NCBI RefSeq assembly: GCF_036321535.1
Contig: NC_087462.1
Coordinates: 9,672,001 to 9,736,000 of the forward strand
DNA length: 64,000 bases
Origin: Camelus dromedarius
Taxonomy: Eukaryota
Direction: 5' to 3'
In this document: positions 1 to 11,503 of the stretch, piece after piece
Layout: every line of letters begins with the position of its first letter
How positions within the stretch are numbered: position 1 is the first letter of the stretch
Notes under the pieces: model-generated
Told to the model about the DNA's origin: nothing
Databases searched by the model: none
What the model saw: the letters and a program-made list of their open reading frames with translations, nothing else
Made by a program: the position numbers and the translations under genes

Positions 1-248
1 GTGTTGGTGGTGGGGGTTGTCACATGAAGGGCACTAGATCTGCTGATTTCCTCACCCCTTCCTCCATCAGGGCTGTTCATTTGTTCAGTGAGCAGTTATT
101 GAGCACCAATTGTGTATCTGCACATGTACATATTTTGCTCCATTGGTTTACTCCTGCTCGAGGGCAATACCCAGTGCATTCACTGGCATATACTTCTGCC
201 AGGGGTTCCTGGAGGCTGCCTTTGTGACCTAACCCCCAATCTCCTCAG

Positions 249-421
249 GGATCCAGACCTTGACCAACCAGAAGCAAGGACACTGCTATGGAGTGGTGGC
301 AGGCTGGCCACTGCACCGGCGCCGCCGCTTAGGGGTACATCTGCTGCACCGTGCCCTCCTTGTCTTCCTGGCTGAGGGTGAGCGAGAGCTGCGGCCCCAG
401 GACATCCAGGCCCGTGGCTGA
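249..421 (+). CDS. ANKLE1: ANKLE1 (ankyrin repeat and LEM domain GIY-YIG nuclease), last coding exon only
   Basis: Acceptor ctcctcag|GG at 248/249; translates (G)IQTLTNQKQGHCYGVVAGWPLHRRRRLGVHLLHRALLVFLAEGERELRPQDIQARG*, TGA 419-421. Matches the recalled ANKLE1 C-terminus and its position convergent with ABHD8. Not in the ORF track because it has no start codon. Confidence 0.9.
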
Positions 422-1721
422 ACCCTGGGGAGTTGGCCATTCAGCTTAGGTAGAGAGCAGAGTGTTTGAATGTTCCAGCTGCCCTGTGAGAGCAGCCCCG
501 CATCTCTAGCTCCAGAGGGCTAGTTGGGGAACAGCCAGGCAGGTCTCCCTTGTAGACTGAGGGAGGACTTTATTACAGATGGAACTGCTGGAGAGGTAGT
601 GAGCTCCCTGTCATGGGAGGAGACTAAGGGGATGTGAGAGGAGAACAAGTAGACCAGATGGGTCTTTGGAACATTCTGGTGCTTTGAAACATGCCAATGC
701 TTTGGCAGTTTGGTCCTGTCTGTGCAAAGAATCCATTTTTTATCTCCCAGACACAGAAGACCCACAGTGTGGGCTGGGCCAGGGGCTTCCAATCCGTTAC
801 ACGAAGGGAATCTGCCCAGCTCAAGTACGGGGTTATGCTGCTTCCAGCTATGGGACCTCGGAGCAGTAATTTCTCTCTGAGCCTGGGGAAAGTGCGAGGT
901 GCTACCTCAGGGGGTCATTGTGGGGATCAGATTAAATGAAGTCATGGGATAGTGTTTGCTTAGAGCCCTACTGAGCCAGAGGCAGCTCTGCAGCCCAGGT
1001 GGAAAGTCTCTGGGGGAAGGGGGGAGGGTTCTGGAATGTTCTCGAGGGGCCGATTGTGTGTGGTGAGGGGTGGGCAGGGCTGGGGAGATCTTCCCGGTGC
1101 TAGTGTGAGACAGCAGCACTCCTAGGGATCCCTGTGTGACTGGAGCCTCGTGGCGTTGCTTCTCTGAACCTGTTCCTTCCACTGTAAAATGAGATCAGTA
1201 ACCCCGACTTTATGCAAAGAGCTTCAGTAAATGCCAAGCCACTATTGGGATAGTGTTGATGGGATCATTTAAATTTTCCATAAGTTGTTTCTTCAAAACA
1301 GTCTAGAGGGTTTCTGGACTTGGTGAGATCTGCTGCCTCATTGGATTCAACACCTGTCCGTCTTGCGGCTCAGCAAACCAGGGCTTGCAGGGGGCAGGCC
1401 AAGGTGCTACCGGCCTCCATTCCTCCACTGCCTCCACTGCTAAGCCCCTGAGTACTCTGTGGATAATTAGGGTCCCTGCCCATGGAGGGTGCCTGGGTGC
1501 TACCATTTTAACTGAGCTGAAGAAACTACTCTCCGAGCTTCTGTTTGCTCATTTGTAAGACACGGAATTCTCCCAGACACCAAGTAGTTGCTTGATAAAG
1601 CGATAACAATCGAAACTGCGTGCCATCTCCCAAGAATACGCAAATAGAAAGAATCCAGACGCCCCCCACCCCAAAAGGCCCAGAAGAGATGGTATTTGTC
1701 TAACAGGGTTTCCCCACCTCT

Positions 1722-1905
1722 GCCTTACTGACTTTGAGGTCAGGTTACTCCTTGCGGTGGGGGCTGTCCTGTGTATTGTAGGGTGTCAGGCAGCATTCCT
1801 GGGCCCCACCTACCAGACGCCAGGAGCACTTCCCTCACCACCCCCACCCCCGCCACTCCCAGTTGTGGCAATCAAAAATGTCTCCTGAATTTGCCAAAGT
1901 ACGAC
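1722..1905 (-). mobile_element. MER20-like hAT-Charlie DNA transposon remnant
   Basis: ccagttgtggcaatcaaaaatgtctcc and gggggctgtcctgtgtattgtagg match the recalled MER20 consensus in reverse. Confidence 0.7.
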
Positions 1906-2065
1906 AGTGTCCTTGTATGAACCCCTGCTTTAAATTAAAGGTGGGGTCACAAACCAGCGGGGAAAGGACCAAAGGTGCAGCAGCTGAGGAGACCAATCTC
2001 TCCTCCCACCGTCCACACAAACCACAGATAAATCTAGATATATATACATTAGAATACAATAGAGA

Positions 2066-2210
2066 GGGGTGGAGGGTATAGCTCAGTGATAGAATGTGTG
2101 CTTAGCATGCACAGGGTCCTGGGTTCAATCCCCAGTACCTCCATTAAAAATGAGCAAATAAAATAATTACCTCCCGTCTTAAAAGTTTTTTTTCCTTAAA
2201 AAGAAAAAAG
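2066..2210 (+). mobile_element. tRNA-derived SINE, camelid Vic-1-like
   Basis: Head ggagggtatagctcagtgatag...gggttcaatccccagtacctcc with A and B boxes, then A-rich tail and taattacctccc. Family name from recall. Confidence 0.8.
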
Positions 2211-3252
2211 ATACAGAGGCCACTGAGCAGGGAAATCCTTCCACCAGGCAAAAAAAGATTCAAAATAAAAACCATCTTTATGACAAAAGTGATCAAGTTG
2301 TAAGATAAAAACAGGACAGTAAGAGGTACCAGTTTGCTGTGTAGTGTGCATTGACGAACCTCTGGGTTTAAGATACCCAGCACAGGGCCTTGCATGGAGC
2401 TGGCATCAATTATGGCTACTCTAATTAGATGCAACAGCCGCTGATCCTCACCTCAACTTCAGCATTGACCTCAGTTGGTCTTCCTCCTCCCCTCCAGGGA
2501 CCGGGAGCTCGGCCCCATACAGCCTTCTGCTCCAGGAATACTGCCCAAGTAGCCCCTGCTTTTTGGGGGGGGGGGGAACTCAGGAAGCAAGCCTGGACTG
2601 ACCATATCCTCAAGTCTCTGCGGGCCAGCCCCGAGTGGGAGGCACCATAAGTCCAGCCCGCACATGGGAAAACAAGCTCAGGGCGACCCCGTCCTGAAGT
2701 CATCCAGCACTGGTCCGGAGACTTGGATTGTCACTTTTTATTGAGTTACAAGTTGAGATGTGCAGGTTCGGTGGCGCTAGCCCCCTCCCAAACCCTCCCC
2801 ACCTTGGGCAACAATAGCTCCCAGCGCCGAGGAATGGGGTGGGGGTGGTAAGGGGTCTCGGGCATTGGGGAGGGGCCCCGAGGGTCCCTGGGGGCTCGTG
2901 AGTCCCAGGATCAAGCATGGCTGACACGGAAGACAGAGAGCGGGTGGGGGCCTGCCTCGGCCCTGGCGTTGTGGAGGAGAGGGCTTCTGTACAAGGTCAT
3001 CCTCTGCGGGGGGCCCGGCTATGGACCCGAAACACCGATGGTCACCGCAGGACTGAAGCAGAGAGCACTGTGCGCACCTGGCTCCCACGAATGCCACGTC
3101 CTGCCCAGCCGGCCTGGGGGCGTCTCCTTGACCTGATCCCGCCCACCGGAGCGGAGGGCCCGCCCAGGTGATCCACGCTGCAGACCCGACCCGGCTCCTG
3201 CCTCCTCCTCTTGCTCCTGCGCTCACTAAGTGATACCCGGCCAGCTCAGTCG

Positions 3253-6200
3253 CTACTTCTTCTCCTCTGGGGGCGCAGGCAGGGGCTCGGGCAGGGCCTT
3301 GGGCGAGGGCTCTGGCTCCCAGAGCAGAAATTCGTGGAGCAGCGTGTTTACCGTCTCCGGGCACTCCAGCATCACCATGTGGCTGCCTTCGTCGATGAGC
3401 TTCAGGAAGGCCAGGAGCAGGATCTGCGGAGGACGCAGGCTCAAGATGGGTAGAGGCAGGATGGCGGACCTCGGGGCCAGGCTGTCCTGAGACTCCCTAG
3501 CTATCTATCAGGATGTCTCTCTTGCAGTCTATCCTATATTCCCCCATTTCCACCCAAGGGGGAGCTGGAGGGTGACCTGTCACCTTGCTGGAGCCCAACT
3601 CGGTATTCACTCATTCCACATTTATTAAGTGCCTACAGTATGTCCAGAGCATGATTTCTCAACCTGGGCACTAGTGACATTTGGGGCAGGATCATACTCT
3701 GGGATGGGGACTGTTCATGCACTGTATGATACTCAGCCGCATCCCTGGCCTCGAGCATCACTAGATGCCAGTAATCGCATCCCACTCCCTGCCACCCCCA
3801 CAGTGTGACAATTTAAAATGTCTCCAGACATTGCCAAATGTCTTTAGGGGGCAATGTCTCTAGGGGGCAAAGTCACCTGGGTGAGAAATCACTGAGAGAC
3901 GCAGACAAGGTCTCTCACACTAAGGTAGGGTATCTCAGTCTCCACTCTACTGAGACTTTTGGAGCCGGATCTTTTTCTGCAGTGAGGCCTGCTCATTCTA
4001 GGGTGTTGGGCAGCGCAGCATCCCTGGTCTCCACACACCAGAAGCCACCAGTAGCACCTCCCTCTTGCACAGTCGTAACAACCAAAAAGTCTGCAGACAC
4101 TTCCACATGTCCCCTGGAGGACAGAATTATCCCTGGTTAAGAACCACTGATCCAGAGCTAGTCTAAGCACTAAAGATCTCAAGACCCTTTCTAATTTAAA
4201 GATCTCTGACTCTAATTTAAAGACCCTTTCTAATTTAAAGCCCTCTCTCAGAATTATGTAACCCATCACAAATCCCAGCTGTGAAGAGTGCCTTTTTATG
4301 TGCAGTGGGGCAGCACAAACATCCCACCACCTGTCCAAGGAGCCCCACTTCCTGGATTCCACCTTTGACTTTTGATCTAAGCTCTGACTTCCTTGGGGCT
4401 GGAGCACTTGTGTCAGGGTCCCCTTAGGCTGTGCAAGGGGGGTGTGGTGGGGTGTGGTGGCCGGGGTGTCATGCCCCTACCTCGGCCATGCGCTGGTCTT
4501 CCTCCACCGGCACAAACTTGTCATGCATGCCGTGGACAAGCAGGACAGGCACGGTGAGCTCGGCATGGTAGACCTCATCGCCCTCGGGCCAATACTGGCC
4601 ACTCATCATGGCCCGAAGCACGAAGGACGACACGTTGAACGCATTGCCCTCCTTCAGCAGCTGCTTCTCTTTGGCTCCTTGGTGGGCGAAGCCGGCCCTG
4701 GGGTTTGGGAGGCACCGCTGGAGCCCTTGTGCCAGCTCGCCCACCAGGGGTGTCCCCCATTCCAGCCCCAGCATTACAACCTCCCCTCCCATCCGATTCG
4801 GGGAGATGCCAGGGCAGGGCCAGGGTCACTCACTTGAGGAAGCTCCAAGCCAGGCAGGGTGACAGGCAGTGCAGGACACACGTGGGCATGTTGAAGATGG
4901 AGCAGAAGCTGGGCTCCAGTGCTGTGGGGCCCCCTCCGTTGATCATGATCACCTTGTGCACCAGGTCTGGGTACTCGTGCGCCAGGAACGTGCAGAAGGA
5001 GACCCTGCCCCATAGGTGGATGGTGGGGAGGGTTGAAGGGCAGTGGTCAGCAGGATACAAGCAGGGAGGGGGTTAATGCCCTCCCCTCACCCAGAGGCAG
5101 GTCCTTGAAGGCCAAGATTCTTCCCCTGGGATCCATGGACACCAGATGGGGGGGGGGTGAGGGATGGGTGGGGCACCTCAAATGCCCTGGTATTGTGAGA
5201 TTGTGTGTCTGTGTGTGTGTGTGTTGAACATGGATTTTTGTTTTCTTTTGGAGAGGATCCAAATCCAGACCTTTCATCAAATCCTCAAAGTCACAATGAC
5301 CCCCAAAGAGGTAAGAATTATTAATTTCCAAGTATCAGGAAAACTATTTGATTGAACAAACCCTTTGGCTTCTCAGAGAAGGTGACTGTTTCCTGCATAT
5401 CCCTTCCCTTTCAGGATCTTCTCTCATCGGCCTCTGGGCATCGCACATCTGCCGGCCTTATGCAAGGTGGAAGGGTGCAGCCTGAGGAGCCCCCACAGTC
5501 CAGGCCTCATTCCCCCTAAAGCAGGGTTCATTTGGCAAACTATGGCCTGTGGGCTAGCTACTTGTTTTTGTCAACTAAGTTTACAATTTTGTAAATATGT
5601 CAGATATTTTGTAAATAAAGATTTATTGGAACAAAGCCATGCCCATGTGTTTACAATTATGACTGTTTTCCTGGAGTAGTCTTGTGAAGTTCCAACAGAG
5701 ACCAACAGTATGGCTTGTGAATCTAAAATATGTAATATTTGGCCCTTCAAGAAAAAATTTGCCAACTCCTGCTGAAAAGAGGGACAGGATACAAGCAGAA
5801 GTTGGGTGGACTTGACTGTGCCAGTGACTCACTGGTGCACTTGGGCAAACTGCTTAACCTCTCTGAACTTCCATCTCCAAATCTGTCACATAGTAACTGT
5901 GCTGACTTCATAGCAGTTAAGGGGTAAGAGGTATTTCCACAGATGGGTGGTCATTTAACTGGAGGAATTATTTAGCATAACCATCCATTTTGGGGGATGT
6001 TTTCATATAAACAAATAGGAGCTAGGTTACTTTCCAGTCTGTCTTCCTTTCTTTTGGAAACTTATATAACATTTCGTTTTCTTGGCTAATTGCATGGGCT
6101 GCAACTGCTGAAACAGTGGTTCTCAACCTGGCTGGCTGATCAGATCCTGCCTTTCTTCCTGAGTAAAGGACCAAATGGTACCACTTGGCAGTGATCAGTC

Positions 6201-7660
6201 ACCCCAACCCAGAGCCTTCCATAGAGTGGACTCTAATTTAAATGCTAGATGGAGTGGGGAGGTTATAGCTCAGTGGTAAGAGTGAGTGCTTAGCATACAT
6301 AAGGTGCCGGGTTCAATCCCCAGTACCTCCATTAGATAAACAAACAAACAAACAAACAAACAATTAAACCTAATTACCTCCCCCCCCATCAAAAGAAAGG
6401 TGGTATTATCCATCACTCATTTAAGGGATAGTGAATTACAGCAACCTGAGCCCTTATAAACCAAATGTATGGAATTCCAATTAGTCCTTCCTTGGAGCCC
6501 TTGGGGTCTTCAGAGCAACCAATTTTTGAACTTCGTCAAAGACAGTGCGTCTCAGCCAGGGGTGATTCTGCCCACCAGAGGACCTCTGGCAACATCTGAA
6601 GGCATTTCTGATTGCCATGATCATCACTAGACCATTGCACTAGTGGCATCTAATGCGCAGAGGTCAGGGATGCTGCTAAACATCCTACGGTGCACAGGAA
6701 AGCCCCTCACAGAAAAGAATTACTTGATCTAAAATGTCAATAATTTGGAGGTTGAGACACTGCTTTAGAACAATGTGAAACAATAGCATTGGTGGCAGGA
6801 ATCCCTGTTCTGTGGCAGATGTTAATGGGATTTTTTCAAGAAGGGAAATTAGCATTTTGTATGTGGGTGTCCAGTTCCTGCCAGCCCCCACCCCTTACCC
6901 TCATCCCCACCCCAGCATTGGCTCACCCATAGGAATGCCCAATGAGCACGTTTCGCTTCTTGGCATAGCGCTTGAAGATGGCGCGCATGTCCTCTGCCAG
7001 CGCATAGAAGGTGTAGGCTGCAGCCACCTGGGGGGCTGAGCTGGCCCCGTGGCCAGCCAGGTCGGGTGCCACCACCTCATAGCCCAGGCGCACAAAGAAG
7101 TCCAGCTGCTCCTTCCAGATGGCCAGGGAGCCGCCGACACCGTGGATGAAAAAGAGCACCACGTCGGCCTGGGCGCCCTTGCAGCTGGTGATACGCTTCT
7201 CACAGTCAATGTGGATGGTCCGCTTGGGGCGTCGGGCTCGCCGCCGTCGCCCACCACTGCCAGCACTGCCCGGGCCTGAGCGGCCATCACTGCCCGCTGG
7301 GTCCACCAGCTCTACCTCTAGGGCGGCTGGTGGCTCCCCAGAGCCATTCTGCCCATGCAAGAGGTCAGCTCGCGGTGCCTGGCCCAGGTTCTCCACCAGT
7401 AACCGCCCATTGCGGTACACGGTGATTCTGCGCTGGCAGTGGACCAAGCCGGACTGGTCCCCATGGGCGGTATCCGGCAGTGGTGGAGGTGGGGTTGGGG
7501 CCGGAGCTGGTCCAGCATGCTTCACCCGCAGCACACGACCAGGCTTGACCTCCACAAAGGTGTAGCCATCACTGGACTCGACGCTTTCCAGCGGCCCCAC
7601 GGCATTGGGTGGTGCACCCAGCAGACAACAGAAGATCCCATCGGTCACCCCGGTCAGCAT
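3253..7660 (-). CDS. ABHD8: ABHD8, alpha/beta hydrolase domain protein 8, 430 aa
   Basis: Coding exons 7660-6927, 5004-4834, 4697-4481, 3423-3253, all GT-AG; 1293 nt in frame. Starts [15 protein letters not shown], ends PEEKK*; HGVGG oxyanion motif and GHSYG nucleophile motif. AATAAA on - strand at 2742-2737. Confidence 0.96.
3649..3893 (-). mobile_element. MER20-like element
   Basis: tttctcaacct...aaaatgtctccagacattgccaaatgtc...gagaaatcactg. Confidence 0.78.
3925..4149 (-). mobile_element. MER20-like element (second, tandem copy)
   Basis: gcagcatccctggtctc...acaaccaaaaagtctgcagaca...ggttaagaaccactg. Confidence 0.72.
5523..5771. mobile_element. MER58A-like hAT-Charlie element
   Basis: ggcaaactatggcctgtgggc...ttttgtaaataaagatttattggaaca...aaaaaatttgccaactcctg. 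Confidence 0.72.
6256..6396 (+). mobile_element. tRNA-derived SINE, Vic-1-like, with (CAAA)n in tail
   Basis: Same head and tail as the other seven copies. Confidence 0.8.
6543..6762 (+). mobile_element. MER20-like element
   Basis: cagtgcgtctcagccagggg...gaggtcagggatgctgctaaacatcctac...aaaatgtcaata...gaggttgagacactg. Confidence 0.8.
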
Positions 7661-8888
7661 GGTGTGTCCTGTGACTGGGGGAGACAGCCAGCTCAAAGGC
7701 CGTTTAAACAGGGATTCCTCCACTCCCACAGCACCCACTCCCCACACCCGTGTCAGATGTGTTGCACTGGGAGGCCCCATCTAGGCTCCAGTTTGGGGAG
7801 GGCCAAAGCCAACCAAGCACTAAGATGTTTTGTCTGGTCAGTACCTGCATGAGGTTGGCCACCTTCCTGGCCCAGCATAGTCTATCCTAGAGCGAAGGAC
7901 ATGGCTATGGGTGACACTAAAAGGCATCCATAGAGAAGGTGGTGGAATCAGGGCAGGCTTCCCAGAGGAGAGGACATTGTGGCAAATATGGCCCAACCCC
8001 CGAGGACCCTCCAGCTCAGATTTATTGTAGTCACGTCTTACTAAACCCATTCAACCATCCATCCATCCATTCATTCATGCACTGTTTCATTAACTCACTT
8101 TCACTAAACCAGCACATTCTGAGGGCTCCAAAGGCACCTAAACAGCCCAGATCCCAATGAGCCCTGATACCAGGTGTCTACACCTGGCTCCTGAAAAGCA
8201 AGGCTCTGGGAGAGGGATTTCAAAATTGAGCTCCAGAAGGCCTTGCCCAACTCCCCAAGACCACAGTGCAGTGGGTCTGTTTCACAGACCAACAAGCTGA
8301 GGCCCAGACACTCTGGGAGAAACTGTTCTGTTCCCACTGATCAGTACTCTGGGTTCTGAGGACCTGACACAGACTCCAGTGGTGAAGATGAGGATGGAGA
8401 ACCTGGGGGCCTCCAGGCCTCCATCCTGCTCTCTGGGCACCCCCCCAACCGTGTCCATGGCAACCGCAGGCAGTTACATAACTCGAAGGGGATACTCGTG
8501 CAGTGCACCCCCATTGTTTAAGCCCTGGGGATGGGACCAACCCCTCGCCGTCCCTATCCTGGGCTCCACGGGGATAAATGAATGCCAAAGGCCGCGCCTG
8601 CGGTGGCCCGTACTTACTGATGGAGGAAGGGGAGCAGGCCGCGCCCCCCACCTCCGGCAGGGTTCCAGCCCGGGATTGCGGAGGGGGGCGCAGATGCGCC
8701 ATGCCAGCTCCCCTCCACAGAGCCAGTCTCCCGCCTCCCGGGTGCCCTACAGCCTTGCGGCGGGGTCGAGGCCACAGGGGCTCCGCGGCTTCCTAAGAGC
8801 TCTAGCATGGGCTTTGTGGACACCCCACTCCAAAGTGGAAGACCCGGGGGCCTCGATGTCCCTCTCACAGGGCCCCCTCCCTGCTTAC

Positions 8889-9100
8889 CTCATTGAGGGC
8901 CCCGAGGCCCGGGGCAGGGCAGAGGGGTCCCAGGCGGTGAAGCCAGCGTCCGTCTGCGGGCGCCGTTTACATGGTGGCGCGGGGTCGGACCGGGCGCATC
9001 CACATGGGTGGGCACGGGCCCGGGGCGGTCAGCGCGGGGACATCCCGCTGCCGCGGAGCGGGCCAGCCCTGTAAGTCTCTCCCCGGGGGAGGCGGGACCG
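8889..9100 (-). other. ABHD8: ABHD8 non-coding exon 1 (5' UTR); upstream boundary approximate
   Basis: Donor AG|GTAAGC at 8889/8888 inside a CpG-rich block; exon 2 acceptor at 7668, 8 nt before the ATG. TSS is inferred. Confidence 0.7.
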
Positions 9101-9114
9101 CGCGCCGACGGACT

Positions 9115-9225
9115 GGCGCCTTGGCCAATAGCAACTGCGGAATGACCTGGCCTAGTTAGACTACCAATCAGGGGCGGAAGCTTCGGGGTGGGGGCGGGAT
9201 CTGGGTGCAACGGCCCCGCCTCCCT
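9115..9225 (-). promoter_or_regulatory. ABHD8 CpG-island promoter with CCAAT and GC boxes
   Basis: ggccaatag (~9123), accaatca (~9163), ggggcggaag, gggggcggg and ggccccgcc clustered just upstream of exon 1. Confidence 0.65.
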
Positions 9226-10679
9226 TAGGGTCTTACAGAGGTGGAGGGAGAGATTGGGCCTAGTCCAGGGCAGAGAAGGGGTCTCAACCTGAGGTCGGCG
9301 GGGCTCCTGTGAGGCGGCAGCTGAATCCTCCTCACCGCAAATAGGATCTCCTTGGCCAGCCTCTGCCTCCGAACTGCCCTGTCCCTCCAAACTGAGCCCC
9401 TATGTCCCTCTCTCTGTGCTGACCTTTCTGTTCTACAGTCTCCCAGATCTTTGTAATTTCAGGCAGGGGAAACTGAGGCTCATAAAGGGCCTCCAAGCAA
9501 ACTGAGGAGGGGCGGGGGAGGCACAGAGATGGGACTTGGAACCACGATTGTGTGATTGCAAGTCCCAGAAATTGTTGTTTAACCAGTAAACGGACGTCTT
9601 GGAGCTATGGGTAATTAGGGATTTAGAGTTTCACAGATAGATAGAGTTTAACCATTGGCCAATTTAAATGGTGACTCTGTGGTCTCAGCTGGAGTCAGAG
9701 AGCCCAGGGTTCAAATTCAGTCTCTGCCCTTTGCTGATATGTGACCTTGAGCAAGTCTCTGTCCAGAGACTTCATTTATTTCCCTATGAAGTAATTCCCT
9801 CATGAATTTGCCATGCAGGTAAAACACTCAGCAGGGAAAGTATTCGATACATTATTGGCATTATTGTACCGATGTAGTATTGTAGTGGTTTGCTAAATGA
9901 TGATGCAGGTAGGACAGGCTTCAGAGGACAAGGGGTTAACCATTTCTTGCCCACTCCCATCCCCTGGAATTTGCTGCCAGAGCTGGATTAGGTCCAGTCA
10001 CCCACTCTTGCCCACTCAGGGTGCTCCCAGGAGACTACAGTTTATTCATGCAGAAAAATCTCCCTCCCTCCCCAAACTGGGAGATGCTGGGGTGCCTGCA
10101 GGGACTCAGCTGCAAGCCTGGCCCTTGACGGCCCCCTGGGCTTCAGGAGAGTCTGGGGAGAGCAGTGATGGGCCAGAGGACTGGTGGAAGGGAGAGCATC
10201 TGAGGAGGATTTTTAAAAGATGAATAGGGGTGTACCAGGCAAAGGAGGGTGTAGCTGAAATTTAGGGTGTGTGCGTATGTTAAGAGTGGGTTTCAAATGC
10301 CTGCCAGAGGAGCTGGATATTTTCCTTGGGGCAATAGGGAGCCATAGAGGGTGTGTGAGAAGGGAAAGGGCTCAGATAGGAGAATTAGAAAAATTCTTCT
10401 AGGGCCTGAATGGAGGCACTGCCAAGGACAAGCCTGCAAACCTTGAGTTTTACAGACTGAGAAATTGAATGACCACCCCAAGGACATCCAGCCAACTCGA
10501 ACTCAGACCTCCTGGGCTCCCAGCCAAGGGGCGGAGACTTGGCTGGGGCCAAAGGATAGCTGCCAGCCAGCTGTGTGCCATCTGCCCGACTCCCGCTGGG
10601 CGTGGGAGATTCAACCAGCCGTTTCCTGAGACTGCCACCAGCTGCGCCACCGTTACCCCAGGGCGCCCTCTGCAGGTCT

Positions 10680-10960
10680 GCAGGAGAAAGAACTACAACT
10701 CCCAGCAGACCCCAGGATATAAGAGCTAGTATGCACGCGCATGCGGAGGAGGTGCCCTTCGCCTACCACTTGCTGGTCCACACACCCCTGTGGGCACAGA
10801 CGCTCTCGTCTGAAGTATACAGTGCAGACGTAGAACTACAACTTCCGGAGGCCCCCGCGGCATGCGTGCTCCGCTGTAGGAGAAACTACGTTGCCCAGAA
10901 GTCCTCATTCCGCACTGCGGAACCTACCGGCTTTGGAAAAGTGGCCGCGGGACAACGTGA
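10680..10960 (+). promoter_or_regulatory. MRPL34 promoter: three ZNF143/THAP11-type ACTACAnnTCCCA-like motifs and NRF1-like GCGCATGCG
   Basis: actacaactcccagcag 10692-10708, actacaacttccgg 10835-10848, actacgttgcccagaag 10885-10901; cgcgcatgcg ~10736-10745. Fits a nuclear-encoded mitochondrial gene. Confidence 0.7.
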
Positions 10961-10973
10961 CACGCAGTTGGAC

Positions 10974-11503
10974 ATGGCTTTCTTTGTCAGATCTGTGGGT
11001 CGCCTGTTGGGCCCCGTCAGTAGGTCAGCGGCGCTACTGGGTGACAGGTGAGTCCTCAGGGGGACCCATTCCCAAATCTGGGAGTAAGGGCGGTGTCGGG
11101 GGCTGGCGCCAGCTGTTTACTGACTACATGACCTGCCAATGCCTTGCGAACTCCTGAAGCGTGTTTTGTTGCCAGGCTCTGTCCGGGCACAGCACGAATC
11201 GGGAAGCCGAAGCTCGAAGAGGTTGAGCTCCACGCAGAAGTAACACAGCGCCCCCTCTGACCTTTCTCGCCGTCTCTCTACCCCTGCAGGTGGCTCCAGC
11301 CCCAGGCCTGGCTGGGTCTTCCCGACGCCTGGGGACACCCCGCCATGCAGCAGACCCGGGGCAAGGCGCGCGGGAACGAGTATCAGCCGAGTAACATCAA
11401 ACGCAAGCACAAGCACGGTTGGATACGGCGTTTGAGCACGCCAGCTGGCGTCCAGGTCATTCTTCGCCGCATGCACAAGGGCCGCAAATCATTGAGCCAT
11501 TGA
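10974..11503 (+). CDS. MRPL34: MRPL34, mitochondrial ribosomal protein L34 (bL34m), 95 aa
   Basis: Exons 10974-11047 and 11290-11503 (GT-AG), 288 nt; contains the bL34 signature [49 protein letters not shown] 11550-11555. Confidence 0.96.

Noticed and set aside
2066-2142. tRNA-Ala-like genes (eight copies)
   Set aside because: They have A/B boxes but diverged stems, shared non-tRNA tails, poly-A and TSDs; these are SINE heads.
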